The notes under the pieces were generated by a model. It was not told where the DNA came from and searched no databases. It saw only the letters and a list, made by a program, of their open reading frames with translations. Made by a program: the position numbers and the translations under genes. From a candidate division FCPU426 bacterium (GTDB lineage Bacteria > Oederibacteriota > Muellerivitia > Muellerivitales > Muellerivitaceae): a stretch of 64,000 nucleotides of DNA. Below, piece after piece: positions 8,834 through 17,822 of the stretch. Each line of letters opens with the position of its first letter. Positions within the stretch are counted from its first letter, which is position 1. The stretch covers positions 76,543-140,542 of the forward strand of contig CAWCKJ010000011.1 of the NCBI GenBank assembly GCA_963796105.1. Direction: 5' to 3'.

Positions 8834-9082
8834 ATGACGGACCTTTCCAATATCACATCGGACAAGCAGGTGGACGCGCGATCCATGGCCTGCCCAGGTC
8901 CCCTGCTGGAGGCCAAGAAGGCCATCGGCACCGTGCCGGTTGGAAAAATCCTTGAAATCATGTCCGGCGACAAGGGCAGCCGGGAGGATATCCCCGCCTG
9001 GTGCACCAAGATGGGGCACGAATACCTCGGATTCAAGGAAAAGGACGGTTACGACAGCCTGTACTTGGTGCGGAAGAAATAA
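8834..9082 (+). CDS. TusA/SirA-family sulfur carrier
   Basis: VDARSMACPGPLL; DIPAWC..MGHE. Confidence 0.92.
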   Translation: MTDLSNITSDKQVDARSMACPGPLLEAKKAIGTVPVGKILEIMSGDKGSREDIPAWCTKMGHEYLGFKEKDGYDSLYLVRKK

Positions 9083-9100
9083 GAAGGGTCGGGGGTTCGT

Positions 9101-10408
9101 ATGCAAAGGGTATCGGAAGCAAATACCGTTAAATGTGATGTATTGGTGGTGGGTGGCGGAATCGCCGGCTTGCAGGCCGCCTTGGACGTGGCCGACCAGG
9201 GGAAGAAAGTCCTTTTGATCGAGAAACAGCCCAGCATCGGCGGGCGCATGATCAACTTGAGCAAGGTTTTCCCCACCCTGGATTGCGCCAGCTGTATCAC
9301 CACCCCCCGCATGGCCTCGGTGGCCCACCACCCCAACATCACGACCCGGACCTATACCGAAATTAAAGACCTGCGCCAGGACGGCCCTTCGTTTAAAGGC
9401 GTCCTAAAACAAAAGGCGCGCTTCGTCCATGAGGATGCCTGCATCGGGTGCAGGCGTTGCGAGGAAGTTTGCCCGGTCCTGGTTCCCGACGAGTATGAGC
9501 ACGGCCTGGGGGCCCGAAAGGCCATCCGCATTCCCTTTACCAACGCCATTCCCCAATACGCCGTGCTGGACATGGAAAACTGCATCCTTTGCGGCGCCTG
9601 TGCCAGGGCCTGCCCCACGGACTGCATTGATTTTCTGCATAAGGACCAGGAGACCTTGGTGGAGGCCGGAGCCGTCATCCTGGCCACGGGCCATCAATTG
9701 ACGCCCATGGACGGCAAACCCCAGTACGGTAAGGCGCTGTTGCCCAACGTGATTTCCCCCATGCAAGCCGAAAGGCTCCTGGCACCCCACGGCCCCTACG
9801 GCCGGGTTTTGCGCCCCTCCGACGGCAAGATCCCCGACAGCATCGCCTATGTGCAATGCGCTGGAAGCCGGGACCAGAGCCTGGGGGTGCCCTATTGTTC
9901 CCGAGTCTGCTGTATGTACGCCGTCAAGCAGGCCATGCTTCTTTCCGGTTCACTCCCCACCGCCGACATCACCATCTACTACATGGACATCCGGGCCTTC
10001 GGAAAGGGTTACGAGCAGTTCGTAACCAGCGCACGATCCATGGGCATCAACTTCGTGAAGGCAAAGGTCGCCCGAATCACCGAGGACGCCGAAAACAACC
10101 CGATCATTCGCATCGAGCGGCAGGAAGCCAATTCCCTGCCCGAGGAAGTGAAACACGATCTGGTGGTTCTCTCCCTGGGAATGCTTCCCGGGGCGGACCC
10201 CGTCCTGGAGAATTTCGCGGGTGTGAACTGCGCCCCAGACGGTTTCCTGGAAAGCCCCCAGTCCAAATTGGCCCCAACCCGGACAACCACCCCGGGCGTA
10301 TTCGCGGCAGGCACTGCGATCGGCCCCAAGGATATCGTGGACTCCATCGTGGACGCGGGTTCCGCCGCCACTGAAGCCCTGAAATACCTTCACCAGCAAA
10401 AATACTGA
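9101..10408 (+). CDS. HdrA/QmoA-like flavoprotein (FAD domain + inserted ferredoxin)
   Basis: VGGGIAG, KVFPTLDCASCI, two CxxCxxCxxxCP motifs, QCAGSRD...CSRVCCMY, YMDIRAFGKGYE. Confidence 0.9.
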   Translation: MQRVSEANTVKCDVLVVGGGIAGLQAALDVADQGKKVLLIEKQPSIGGRMINLSKVFPTLDCASCITTPRMASVAHHPNITTRTYTEIKDLRQDGPSFKGVLKQKARFVHEDACIGCRRCEEVCPVLVPDEYEHGLGARKAIRIPFTNAIPQYAVLDMENCILCGACARACPTDCIDFLHKDQETLVEAGAVILATGHQLTPMDGKPQYGKALLPNVISPMQAERLLAPHGPYGRVLRPSDGKIPDSIAYVQCAGSRDQSLGVPYCSRVCCMYAVKQAMLLSGSLPTADITIYYMDIRAFGKGYEQFVTSARSMGINFVKAKVARITEDAENNPIIRIERQEANSLPEEVKHDLVVLSLGMLPGADPVLENFAGVNCAPDGFLESPQSKLAPTRTTTPGVFAAGTAIGPKDIVDSIVDAGSAATEALKYLHQQKY

Positions 10409-10415
10409 GGACATC

Positions 10416-12221
10416 ATGGAAGACCAAAAACATACGGATCACTCCAATTTAGGCGAATCCACCGAGGATGTGCGGGTAGGCGTCTATGTCTGCCATTGCG
10501 GCGGTAATATCAGCGACGTGGTGGACGTCAAAGCCTTGTCCACACTGGCGGCCGAATACCCTTACGTGGCCTTGGCCAAGGAATATCCCTTCATGTGCTC
10601 CGACCCGGGCCAAGCCTTGATCCTGGAGGATATCCAAGCCAACCGGATCAACCGGGTAGTCGTGGCCGCCTGCTCCCCGGCCCTGCACGAAACCACCTTC
10701 CGCCGTGCCCTTCAAAGGGGCGGCCTGAATCCGTACCTCTACGAGCACGTCAACATCCGGGAGCAGGTAAGCTGGGTTCATAAGGACAACCAGACCGCCG
10801 CCACGGGAAAAGCATTGGCCCTCATCCGGGCGGGTGTCAAAAAGATAGCCCGTCAGGATCCCCTGCAGGCCCTGCGCGTCAACGCCGAGCATCGTGTGGC
10901 GGTCATCGGCGGGGGCGCGGCTGGCCTCACCGCCGCCTTGTCCCTGGCCGGTATGGGCCTTCCCGTGGACCTCTTTGAGAAGGGAAAAACCCTGGGGGGG
11001 CGCCTTTTGGAAATGGGGCGGGTCTTCCCCACTGAGGAAGAATCCGCCAGCCTGGCACGCACTTTGGCCGAGGCCGTAACCACAAACACCGATATCAGGG
11101 TGCACCTGGGGTGCGAAATCAAATCCGTGGAAGGCTTTGTAAGCAATTTCAATGTTCACGCCTTGGAAGAGGGCAAACCCTTGAAGATCCGGGCCGGAGC
11201 GCTGGTTTTGGCCACCGGATTCGACCCGTACCAGCCCGTTCCGGGCGAATTTGGTTTCGGTTCATCGCCACGGGTCGTCACCCTTCCGGAATTCCAAAAA
11301 GACTTGGCCTCATGCCCCCAAGGTATGGTCCTGAAATGGAAGGACCGGGAGATCAGGAACCTGGCCTTCATCCACTGCGTTGGAAGCCGGCAGGTGGAGG
11401 GCATCCATCCTCCCCAGGCTGACGGGAAGGTGAATGATTATTGTTCCCGGGTATGCTGTACAGCGACCCTGCACGCCGCGAACCAGGTGATGGACCGTTT
11501 TCCCCAAACCCAGGTTTATGACTGCTACAAGGATATCCGCACCTATGGCAGGGGCCATGAGGCCTATTACGAACAGGCGTCCAAAAAAGGCGCCCTTTTT
11601 TTCCGCTACACCGACGAGTCCCTGCCTGAATACATTGAGGACGGAAACCGGGCCCGCTTGAAAATCCGTGATGTGCTGACCTGGAACCAGGAAGTCGAAA
11701 TTCCCGTGGATCTTTTGGTCCTTTCAACCGGCATCGTCCCCCGGGACATCAAAGGCTTGGTGGAAAGCCTGAAACTTCCGGTCGGTTCAGACCGTTTTTT
11801 GCAGGAAGCCCATCCCAAATTGAGGCCTGTGGAAGTGCCCAACAACGGCATCTTCCTCGCCGGAACTTGCCAGGCTCCCATGACGCTGGACGAAAGCTGC
11901 GCTGCGGCCGGCGCGGCGGCGTCCAAAGCCGCCCAACTTCTTTCCCAGGCCGAGATCAGCCTGGACCCCTTCGTGGTTGAACTACAAGAGGAACTTTGCG
12001 ACGGCTGCGGCCATTGCCTGGCGGAATGCTCCTATACCGGGGCTCTCAGCCTGGTTCCTCAAGACGGGGCCGCTCCGAACAGCCAGATCGTCGCCGTGAA
12101 CCCCGCCCTATGCAAAGGTTGCGGGGCCTGCGTGGCGGTCTGCCAGCCCAGGGCTCTCAACATCGCCGGATGGCGTCTGGACCAGTTTGAGGCCATGGCC
12201 GACGCCATTGCCGCTTCTTAA
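10416..12221 (+). CDS. HdrA/QmoB-like flavoprotein (N-terminal domain + FAD + C-terminal ferredoxin)
   Basis: VGVYVCHCGGNI...AACSP..HE.TFR...NIREQ; HCVGSR...CSRVCC; HPKLRPVE; two C-terminal 4Fe-4S motifs. Confidence 0.9.
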   Translation: MEDQKHTDHSNLGESTEDVRVGVYVCHCGGNISDVVDVKALSTLAAEYPYVALAKEYPFMCSDPGQALILEDIQANRINRVVVAACSPALHETTFRRALQRGGLNPYLYEHVNIREQVSWVHKDNQTAATGKALALIRAGVKKIARQDPLQALRVNAEHRVAVIGGGAAGLTAALSLAGMGLPVDLFEKGKTLGGRLLEMGRVFPTEEESASLARTLAEAVTTNTDIRVHLGCEIKSVEGFVSNFNVHALEEGKPLKIRAGALVLATGFDPYQPVPGEFGFGSSPRVVTLPEFQKDLASCPQGMVLKWKDREIRNLAFIHCVGSRQVEGIHPPQADGKVNDYCSRVCCTATLHAANQVMDRFPQTQVYDCYKDIRTYGRGHEAYYEQASKKGALFFRYTDESLPEYIEDGNRARLKIRDVLTWNQEVEIPVDLLVLSTGIVPRDIKGLVESLKLPVGSDRFLQEAHPKLRPVEVPNNGIFLAGTCQAPMTLDESCAAAGAAASKAAQLLSQAEISLDPFVVELQEELCDGCGHCLAECSYTGALSLVPQDGAAPNSQIVAVNPALCKGCGACVAVCQPRALNIAGWRLDQFEAMADAIAAS

Positions 12222-12232
12222 AGGAAACGAAT

Positions 12233-12529
12233 ATGACCGAAAAAAACTTCACGCAAATCAAGGAACAGCTCAAGTCCGTCCGGGAACATCGGGGTCCATC
12301 TTCCCCGGCCCTGCTGAATGAGGTCAAGGACCAGGCTAAAACTCAAAAGGCCGTGCTCAACGCCCTGGGGCAAGGCCCCTTGACTGTTCCTGAATTAGCC
12401 CAGACCATTGGCATTGGCACCCGGAAGCTTCTTTGGTATATCGCGGCTTTACGCAAGTACGGCAAGGTCGCGGACGGTCCCAAGCGCGGAGCCTACCCAA
12501 GTTACATCCAGCATAAGGACAAGCCATGA
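12233..12529 (+). CDS. Small winged-helix protein
   Basis: ALGQGPLTVPELAQTIGI...LWYIAALRKYGKV; translationally coupled to the next gene. Confidence 0.7.
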   Translation: MTEKNFTQIKEQLKSVREHRGPSSPALLNEVKDQAKTQKAVLNALGQGPLTVPELAQTIGIGTRKLLWYIAALRKYGKVADGPKRGAYPSYIQHKDKP

Positions 12530-13656
12530 GCATTTCCGTCAACCCAAACCTCATTAAAGATATCCGGTTCTATGGCGCTTTCGACATTTCCGCCTGTTTC
12601 AACTGCGGCAATTGCAGCGCTGTCTGTCCCCTTTCCGATGAGAAATCCTCTTTCCCCCGCAAGATGATCCGGCTGGGGCAATTGGGGGCGAAAGCGGAAC
12701 TGCTATCAAAACAGGAAATGTGGCTTTGCTACAACTGCGGGGAATGCACCCAAACCTGCCCGCGCCAGGCAGGACCCGGGGAATACATGGCCGCGCTCAG
12801 GCGCTGGGCCGTGGCTCGTTACGAGCCAACCGGCCTGGCCGCCTGGATGTACAAAAGTCAGGCACTGGGTTTGGCGGTTACAGCGATTCTGGCGTTGTTA
12901 CTGGGGACTTTTTTGCTGACGAGTAAACCCCACCACGAATTCCCGGACTGGATATTCAAATTGGTTCCTTACGACTCCATTCACTTCCTGGGCATGGGCA
13001 TATTCGGTCTGTTGGGTCTTTCCATGATTGTGTCACTGGTGCGTTTTGGTTCCAACGCCTTGAAAGGCCAGCAGGATTTTTGGAAACGGCCCCTGAAGGA
13101 ATATTTTTCCGCCGGAAAAGCCACGGTTCTCGAAATCTTGACCATGAACCGCCAGAAACCGGCCGCGAACGAAACCCATGGATGGACATCGCCCTGGGCC
13201 GTTCACCTGGCCATCATGGGAGGATTCTTCGGCCTTCTGGGCGCCACCACTTCGGATTTTCTTTTCATCTATATTTTGGGAACCAAGCTCTATTGGCCCG
13301 CCAGGATTCTAGGTACCTTTTCGGGCCTGGCCCTGCTCTATGGGGTATCTTTCGCGATCTGGCGCCGTTGGAAAGCCGAGGACGCCGCCGTGAAACACAG
13401 CCAGATGTCCGACTGGTGGCTGCTGATTTTTCTTTGGATCCTGGGAGTGACGGGCTTTTGGCTGGAGGCTGCCGTGGGTTTCCACTGGACCGCCTCCGTG
13501 CATTCATGGGTATTGTTGATCCATACGGTCATGGCCATGGAACTGGTCCTATTGGCCGGCATGACCAAACTGGCCCATGTCTTTTACAGGCCCCTGGCCC
13601 TCTATCTTCATTTTCTACCGGGCGGAACAGGAACCACCAAGCCATGCGGCGAGTAA
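12526..13656 (+). CDS. QmoC/HdrC-like protein: 2x[4Fe-4S] domain plus membrane (cytochrome b-like) domain
   Basis: CFNCGNCSAVCP and CYNCGECTQTCP, followed by about 6 TM helices with His residues (AVHLA, LIHTV, KLAHVFYRP). Confidence 0.85.
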   Translation: MSISVNPNLIKDIRFYGAFDISACFNCGNCSAVCPLSDEKSSFPRKMIRLGQLGAKAELLSKQEMWLCYNCGECTQTCPRQAGPGEYMAALRRWAVARYEPTGLAAWMYKSQALGLAVTAILALLLGTFLLTSKPHHEFPDWIFKLVPYDSIHFLGMGIFGLLGLSMIVSLVRFGSNALKGQQDFWKRPLKEYFSAGKATVLEILTMNRQKPAANETHGWTSPWAVHLAIMGGFFGLLGATTSDFLFIYILGTKLYWPARILGTFSGLALLYGVSFAIWRRWKAEDAAVKHSQMSDWWLLIFLWILGVTGFWLEAAVGFHWTASVHSWVLLIHTVMAMELVLLAGMTKLAHVFYRPLALYLHFLPGGTGTTKPCGE

Positions 13657-13830
13657 GCGCGAAGGGTCCGAAGACGGCATGGGTCGCCCCCCGGAATAAT
13701 ATGCCTTTTTTTCACCACCCGGATTGCCTGGGTTGCCGGGGCGAGGATGAAATTTGCTGCCAATTAATTGGGTTGTCCGATCACGATGTGAAACATTTGT
13801 TCAAGAAACAATTAAAAAAAGGAGTCCGCC

Positions 13831-14391
13831 ATGCCCGAACCGAACCTGAAGGAAATCGCCGAAAAAGTTCACTCCCTCGAATCGGAGGTCGCACAACTCA
13901 AGGCAAACGCGCCTGAGGACAAGCTTTCCATGGTGGTCATGAGCGGAGACCTGGACAAGTTATTGGCCTCCTTCATCATCGCCACTGGCGCCAGCGCCAT
14001 GTTCGAAAAGGTCACCATGTTCTTCACCTTCTGGGCCACCGCGGCCCTGCGCGATCCCAAGAAGTCCATAGGCGGCAAGGATTTCATGGCCACAATGTTC
14101 GGCCATATGCTTCCCAAGGGCAGTCCAAACCTGGCGCTATCCAAGATGCACATGATGGGCATGGGCACCGCCATGATGAAAAGCTTGATGAAGAAGAAAA
14201 ACGTTTTGTCCCTGGAGGAATTAATCCAGAAGGCTGGTGAGAACGGCGTTGAAATTTACGTCTGCGAGATGAGCATGGATCTCATGGGGATGAAGATGGA
14301 GGAGATGATTGACTATCCGGGCATGAAACCCGCCGGCGTAGCCAAGTTCCTGCAGCAAGCCGGAACTAGCAAAGCGACAATTTTCATCTGA
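13831..14391 (+). CDS. DsrE/DsrF-like (DsrE2-type) protein
   Basis: SGDLDK..ASFIIATGA...MFFTFW...YVCEMSMDLMG...AGVAKFL...TIFI. Confidence 0.9.
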   Translation: MPEPNLKEIAEKVHSLESEVAQLKANAPEDKLSMVVMSGDLDKLLASFIIATGASAMFEKVTMFFTFWATAALRDPKKSIGGKDFMATMFGHMLPKGSPNLALSKMHMMGMGTAMMKSLMKKKNVLSLEELIQKAGENGVEIYVCEMSMDLMGMKMEEMIDYPGMKPAGVAKFLQQAGTSKATIFI

Positions 14392-14459
14392 GAAACCAGC
14401 GGCAAGAAAATCCGCGAACTCCGGAAACCGCCCTACGCATTTCGATCCTCATTTTCCCC

Positions 14460-14487
14460 TTGACCATTATGAACATATGCTCATAAT
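14460..14487 (+). promoter_or_regulatory. Sigma70-like promoter overlapped by a palindromic operator
   Basis: TTGACC-ATTATGAACATATGCTCATAAT upstream of the NifB/NifX-family gene; twin of 7901-7928. Confidence 0.65.
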
Positions 14488-14524
14488 AGACAGTGTCACT
14501 TTTTTTATCCAAGGAGCAAACCTC

Positions 14525-14899
14525 ATGAAACTCTGCATACCAGTCCAAGAAAACAATGGGCTTAAAAGCGAAATCAGCCGTCATTTTGGCTCGGCTAACC
14601 AATTCTTGATTGTTGATACCGATAGCGGTAATTGCCGTTCGCTCCCCAACCAAGTCCACGAGCACGGGGAATGCCGGCCCGTCCAAACGCTATCCGGAGA
14701 AACAGTCGACGGCGTCGTAGTGGGGGGCATTGGAAAGGGAGCCCTTCATAAACTCCAAGCCGCCGGAATCCAGGTATTTTTATCCGAACACCGCACGGTA
14801 GAAGAAGTCCTCATGGGATATAAATCAAACAGCCTCCAGGCCGCGACCACGGCGGAATGCTGCGGAGGACACGGTTCCGGGCATAATTGTTCATCCTGA
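14525..14899 (+). CDS. NifB/NifX-family (FeMo-cofactor-binding fold) protein
   Basis: MKLCIPV...ISRHFGSA..F...VVVGGIGKGA...AAGIQVF; His/Cys tail; AAGGAG RBS before ATG 14525. Confidence 0.88.
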   Translation: MKLCIPVQENNGLKSEISRHFGSANQFLIVDTDSGNCRSLPNQVHEHGECRPVQTLSGETVDGVVVGGIGKGALHKLQAAGIQVFLSEHRTVEEVLMGYKSNSLQAATTAECCGGHGSGHNCSS

Positions 14900-14994
14900 T
14901 AGGCCATTTCAGGTAGATTATTTCGGGTGTCGTTCTTTTCCTAGAAACTATCGCTTCTGTTGGTGGATAAATCAAATAAGGGAGGGAATATACT

Positions 14995-15207
14995 TTGGCT
15001 GAAACACAATTGAATGTTACGGGTATGACCTGCAACCATTGCGTCCAAACCGTCCAGAAAACCTTGGCTTCCCTTTCGGGCGTACAAAAGGTTGATGTTC
15101 AATTAGTCCCTCCAAAAGCAATTATTACCCACGAGAACATTTTCGATCTTGAAGCAGCAATCAAGGCGATTGAGAAGGAAGGCTACAAAGCCATCATTTA
15201 TTCATAA
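14995..15207 (+). CDS. HMA-domain metallochaperone (CopZ-like)
   Basis: VTGMTCNHC motif; C-terminal EGY. Confidence 0.9.
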   Translation: MAETQLNVTGMTCNHCVQTVQKTLASLSGVQKVDVQLVPPKAIITHENIFDLEAAIKAIEKEGYKAIIYS

Positions 15208-15276
15208 ATTTTAAATCTGAGTTTTAAGGCAGCCAAAGACTTCGAATGGAGTGTATTTTCAAACATTTAACAAAAG

Positions 15277-16107
15277 TTGATCGGGAATCCAATGGTTGAA
15301 TCCCTGGATGATTCCAAATACGCCAAAGGCACGGGCCTTTTCTCTGTTTATGAGAACGTCTCATTCCCGGAGAATGTGAAAAAACGCTGTTCAGCCCTGC
15401 TGGAATTCGGCAACGAAACCATCCTGAAAAATGATTTCATCATCCTGGATTTCGTCCCCTATCCCGGCCTCGGGAACGTTGGAGCGGGGGATGTGTTGAA
15501 ATATTCCTGGATCCTTTCAGAATCCCACCGGGTCCTGATTTACGACCCCGCAACTAAAAAGTTGATCGACGAACTCTACACCTGCAGTCCCGAAAAGGAT
15601 GGAAAGCTGATGTTCGAGAGAAGCAACCAAATCATTGGGAAACCGGTGAAAACCGTCAGCTTGAGAGAAATCGTCAGCAAGGAAATGGCCCGCCAGGAGC
15701 AACCCGAAAAGTTGTTCCATTCGGTCCAGGACGCGTCCAAAAAGTTCCGTTTGGCGCCTAAAAAGAATTATTGCGTATCCACGGTGTTTTTCGACATTTC
15801 GGACCGCCGATTGGACGAGGACAGCCTGGAAGTCATGCTGACGAAGGCGTTGAATAAAGGCGACCAGAAACCGGTGATCGAATCCGCATGCCGCTACGAT
15901 CCCCAGGGCTATACCTACATCCACCAGTCCCCCAAGCACTTCGCGGGCCTTCACAGCTATCCCGGCACCTTGAAATCCGCCCATTTAAGCCTGATCGGCC
16001 CCGGTGAGGCGGTGTTACCGGTTCTGGAAGATATGGAAGAAGTTGTTTACAAGCGCAGGAAAGCCGAACCTACCATCAGCATCAAGATCGTAGCCGAAGG
16101 TTTTTAG
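15277..16107 (+). CDS. Tandem S-adenosylmethionine decarboxylase (SpeD)-fold protein
   Basis: N-half ILSESH...ELYTC resembles the pyruvoyl cleavage motif; C-half YDPQGYT...GLHSYP resembles SpeD FxPQGVT...IHTWP without the ES site. Start may be ATG 15292. Confidence 0.55.
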   Translation: MIGNPMVESLDDSKYAKGTGLFSVYENVSFPENVKKRCSALLEFGNETILKNDFIILDFVPYPGLGNVGAGDVLKYSWILSESHRVLIYDPATKKLIDELYTCSPEKDGKLMFERSNQIIGKPVKTVSLREIVSKEMARQEQPEKLFHSVQDASKKFRLAPKKNYCVSTVFFDISDRRLDEDSLEVMLTKALNKGDQKPVIESACRYDPQGYTYIHQSPKHFAGLHSYPGTLKSAHLSLIGPGEAVLPVLEDMEEVVYKRRKAEPTISIKIVAEGF

Positions 16108-16169
16108 GTTTTTCTTTCTTCCCGGTAAAGTTCGGGATTAAAAAACCAACCGTCTGAAGGAAAGCCGCA

Positions 16170-17585
16170 ATGAGTCATTCCCATGAACCCCACTACTCCG
16201 GTTACTCCAACCTTGACCGAAGACTTTGGATTTCCCTCCTCTTAAACTTAGCTGTCAGCTTGGGGGAATTTCTGGCTGGGTTCCTTTCCGGAAGCTTGGC
16301 CCTTCTCTCAGATGCGACTCATAACTTGAGCGATGTAGGTGCCATCGCGCTGGCCATCGCGGCTAGGAAGGTGGGACGCCTTCCCCCCACCAACCGCTAT
16401 ACCTACGGTTTTAAAAGAATGGAAATCATGGCTTCCATGATTAACGCCATCTTCCTCTTGGTTTTGGCCGCTCTTATCACCCGGGAAGCCCTGCAAAGCC
16501 TCGGAAATCCCGGCGTGCCGAAATCAGGCATCATGCTTTCCGTCGGCCTGGCGGCCCTGGCCGCCAACCTTGGATCAGTCCTGCTCCTGAAACGCCACGA
16601 TCACGACGATGTCAACGTCCGAGGCGCCTTCATCCACATGCTCCAAGACGCCTTTTCCTCCCTAGCGGTAGTGTTGGCGGCGCTGTTGGCCCCCCTCCAT
16701 CAGGGCCATTGGATGGATTCCCTTGCCGCTCTAGCTATTGGGGTCCTGATGGTTGTTGGGGCCATCAGTCTCCTTCGGCGTGTTTTTTCCACTTTGTTGG
16801 AAGGAGTCCCGGTGGATTTGGACGTGGACAGGCTGGCAACCCGGGTTTCCCGTGATTATCCATCTGTCCGCCTTCATCACATCCATCTTTGGGAAAACGG
16901 GCCGGGGCAACGCCTGTTGACGGCTCATGTGGCCGTATCGCCTGAGAATGACGCCCGGGCTGTTGGCCAGCTTATATTGAAGTTGAAAAATTATTTACAT
17001 GAGAATTGGAACATCAACCACTCGACTTTAGAGCCGGAGGTTGAGGCTTGTGAAGATCCGGCGCTCCTGGGGCATTGGCGGGAGAAAACGGGAAATATTC
17101 CCGCAACCATTAAAACGAATCGTTCCTTTTCTAATGTTGAAGATTCCATATCCCTTGCCGCAAAGAATGGCCACGGCCATTGCCTGATTTGCGGGGATTT
17201 GAATCCATTGTCCCTGAAATTATCCTTCCAAGCCGGGAAGGACGATTCGGTCTGGACAAACTTCCAGGGAAATTCAGGATTGCAAGGATACGAGAAAATC
17301 CTCCACGGAGGAGTGATTTCCTCCTTACTGGACGCGGCTATGACGCATTGCCTTTTCCACCATAAAATACAGGCTGTAACCGGCGACCTTCATGTCCGTT
17401 TCGTTCATCCAGTCCCATGCGAGGCGGCCCTGGAAATCAAGGCATGGATCGTGTCCTCCAGGCCGCCGCTCTACATCCTGAATGCGGAACTTTCCTGCGA
17501 CAAACGGGTCATGGCTTGGGCCGAAGCTAAATTTGCGCCTCAAGAAAGGTTTTTGTTATCAAGAAAGATAAAGAGGTCGCCCTGA
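16170..17585 (+). CDS. CDF (CzcD/ZitB-like) transporter fused to a PaaI-type hotdog thioesterase
   Basis: SLALLSDATHNLSD, YTYGFKRME, AFIHMLQD, HHIHLWE; then CLICGDLNPLSLKL...QGY..ILHGGVISSLLD. Confidence 0.85.
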   Translation: MSHSHEPHYSGYSNLDRRLWISLLLNLAVSLGEFLAGFLSGSLALLSDATHNLSDVGAIALAIAARKVGRLPPTNRYTYGFKRMEIMASMINAIFLLVLAALITREALQSLGNPGVPKSGIMLSVGLAALAANLGSVLLLKRHDHDDVNVRGAFIHMLQDAFSSLAVVLAALLAPLHQGHWMDSLAALAIGVLMVVGAISLLRRVFSTLLEGVPVDLDVDRLATRVSRDYPSVRLHHIHLWENGPGQRLLTAHVAVSPENDARAVGQLILKLKNYLHENWNINHSTLEPEVEACEDPALLGHWREKTGNIPATIKTNRSFSNVEDSISLAAKNGHGHCLICGDLNPLSLKLSFQAGKDDSVWTNFQGNSGLQGYEKILHGGVISSLLDAAMTHCLFHHKIQAVTGDLHVRFVHPVPCEAALEIKAWIVSSRPPLYILNAELSCDKRVMAWAEAKFAPQERFLLSRKIKRSP

Positions 17586-17703
17586 ATATTTTTGGTGACC
17601 TGATGTGATTTCCGGCTTCGGAGTTGCTTTCTTTTCAAAGAAATCCCAGAGCGGTCCGCAATGAGACTTTCGGGTTTTATTGATTGCCTCGATTTACCAT
17701 TAA

Positions 17704-17796
17704 TTACAAATCCTCCCTTTGGCGCCGAAGCCTGGCCGCGCAGGATGCCCCGCCCGCCACTCCCCCGACAATGACGACTTTTTTGAGGTTTTCCAC
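17704..17796 (-). pseudogene. Truncated duplicate of the CoADR 5' end
   Basis: GTG start, MENLKKVVIVGGVAGGASCAARLRRQREDL-stop; near-identical to 5191-5280, with GAA changed to TAA. Confidence 0.85.
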
Positions 17797-17822
17797 TTGG
17801 GTTTACTTTCTCGAGTCCGTTC

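Noticed and set aside
9101..12221. Selenocysteine recoding in the HdrA-like genes
   Set aside because: The frames are continuous with no in-frame TGA at Cys positions, and both halves have their own starts
13644..13916. Small Cys-containing ORF (CLGC...ICC) between the qmoC-like and dsrE-like genes
   Set aside because: No RBS, overlaps the dsrE-like gene out of frame, no recognisable family
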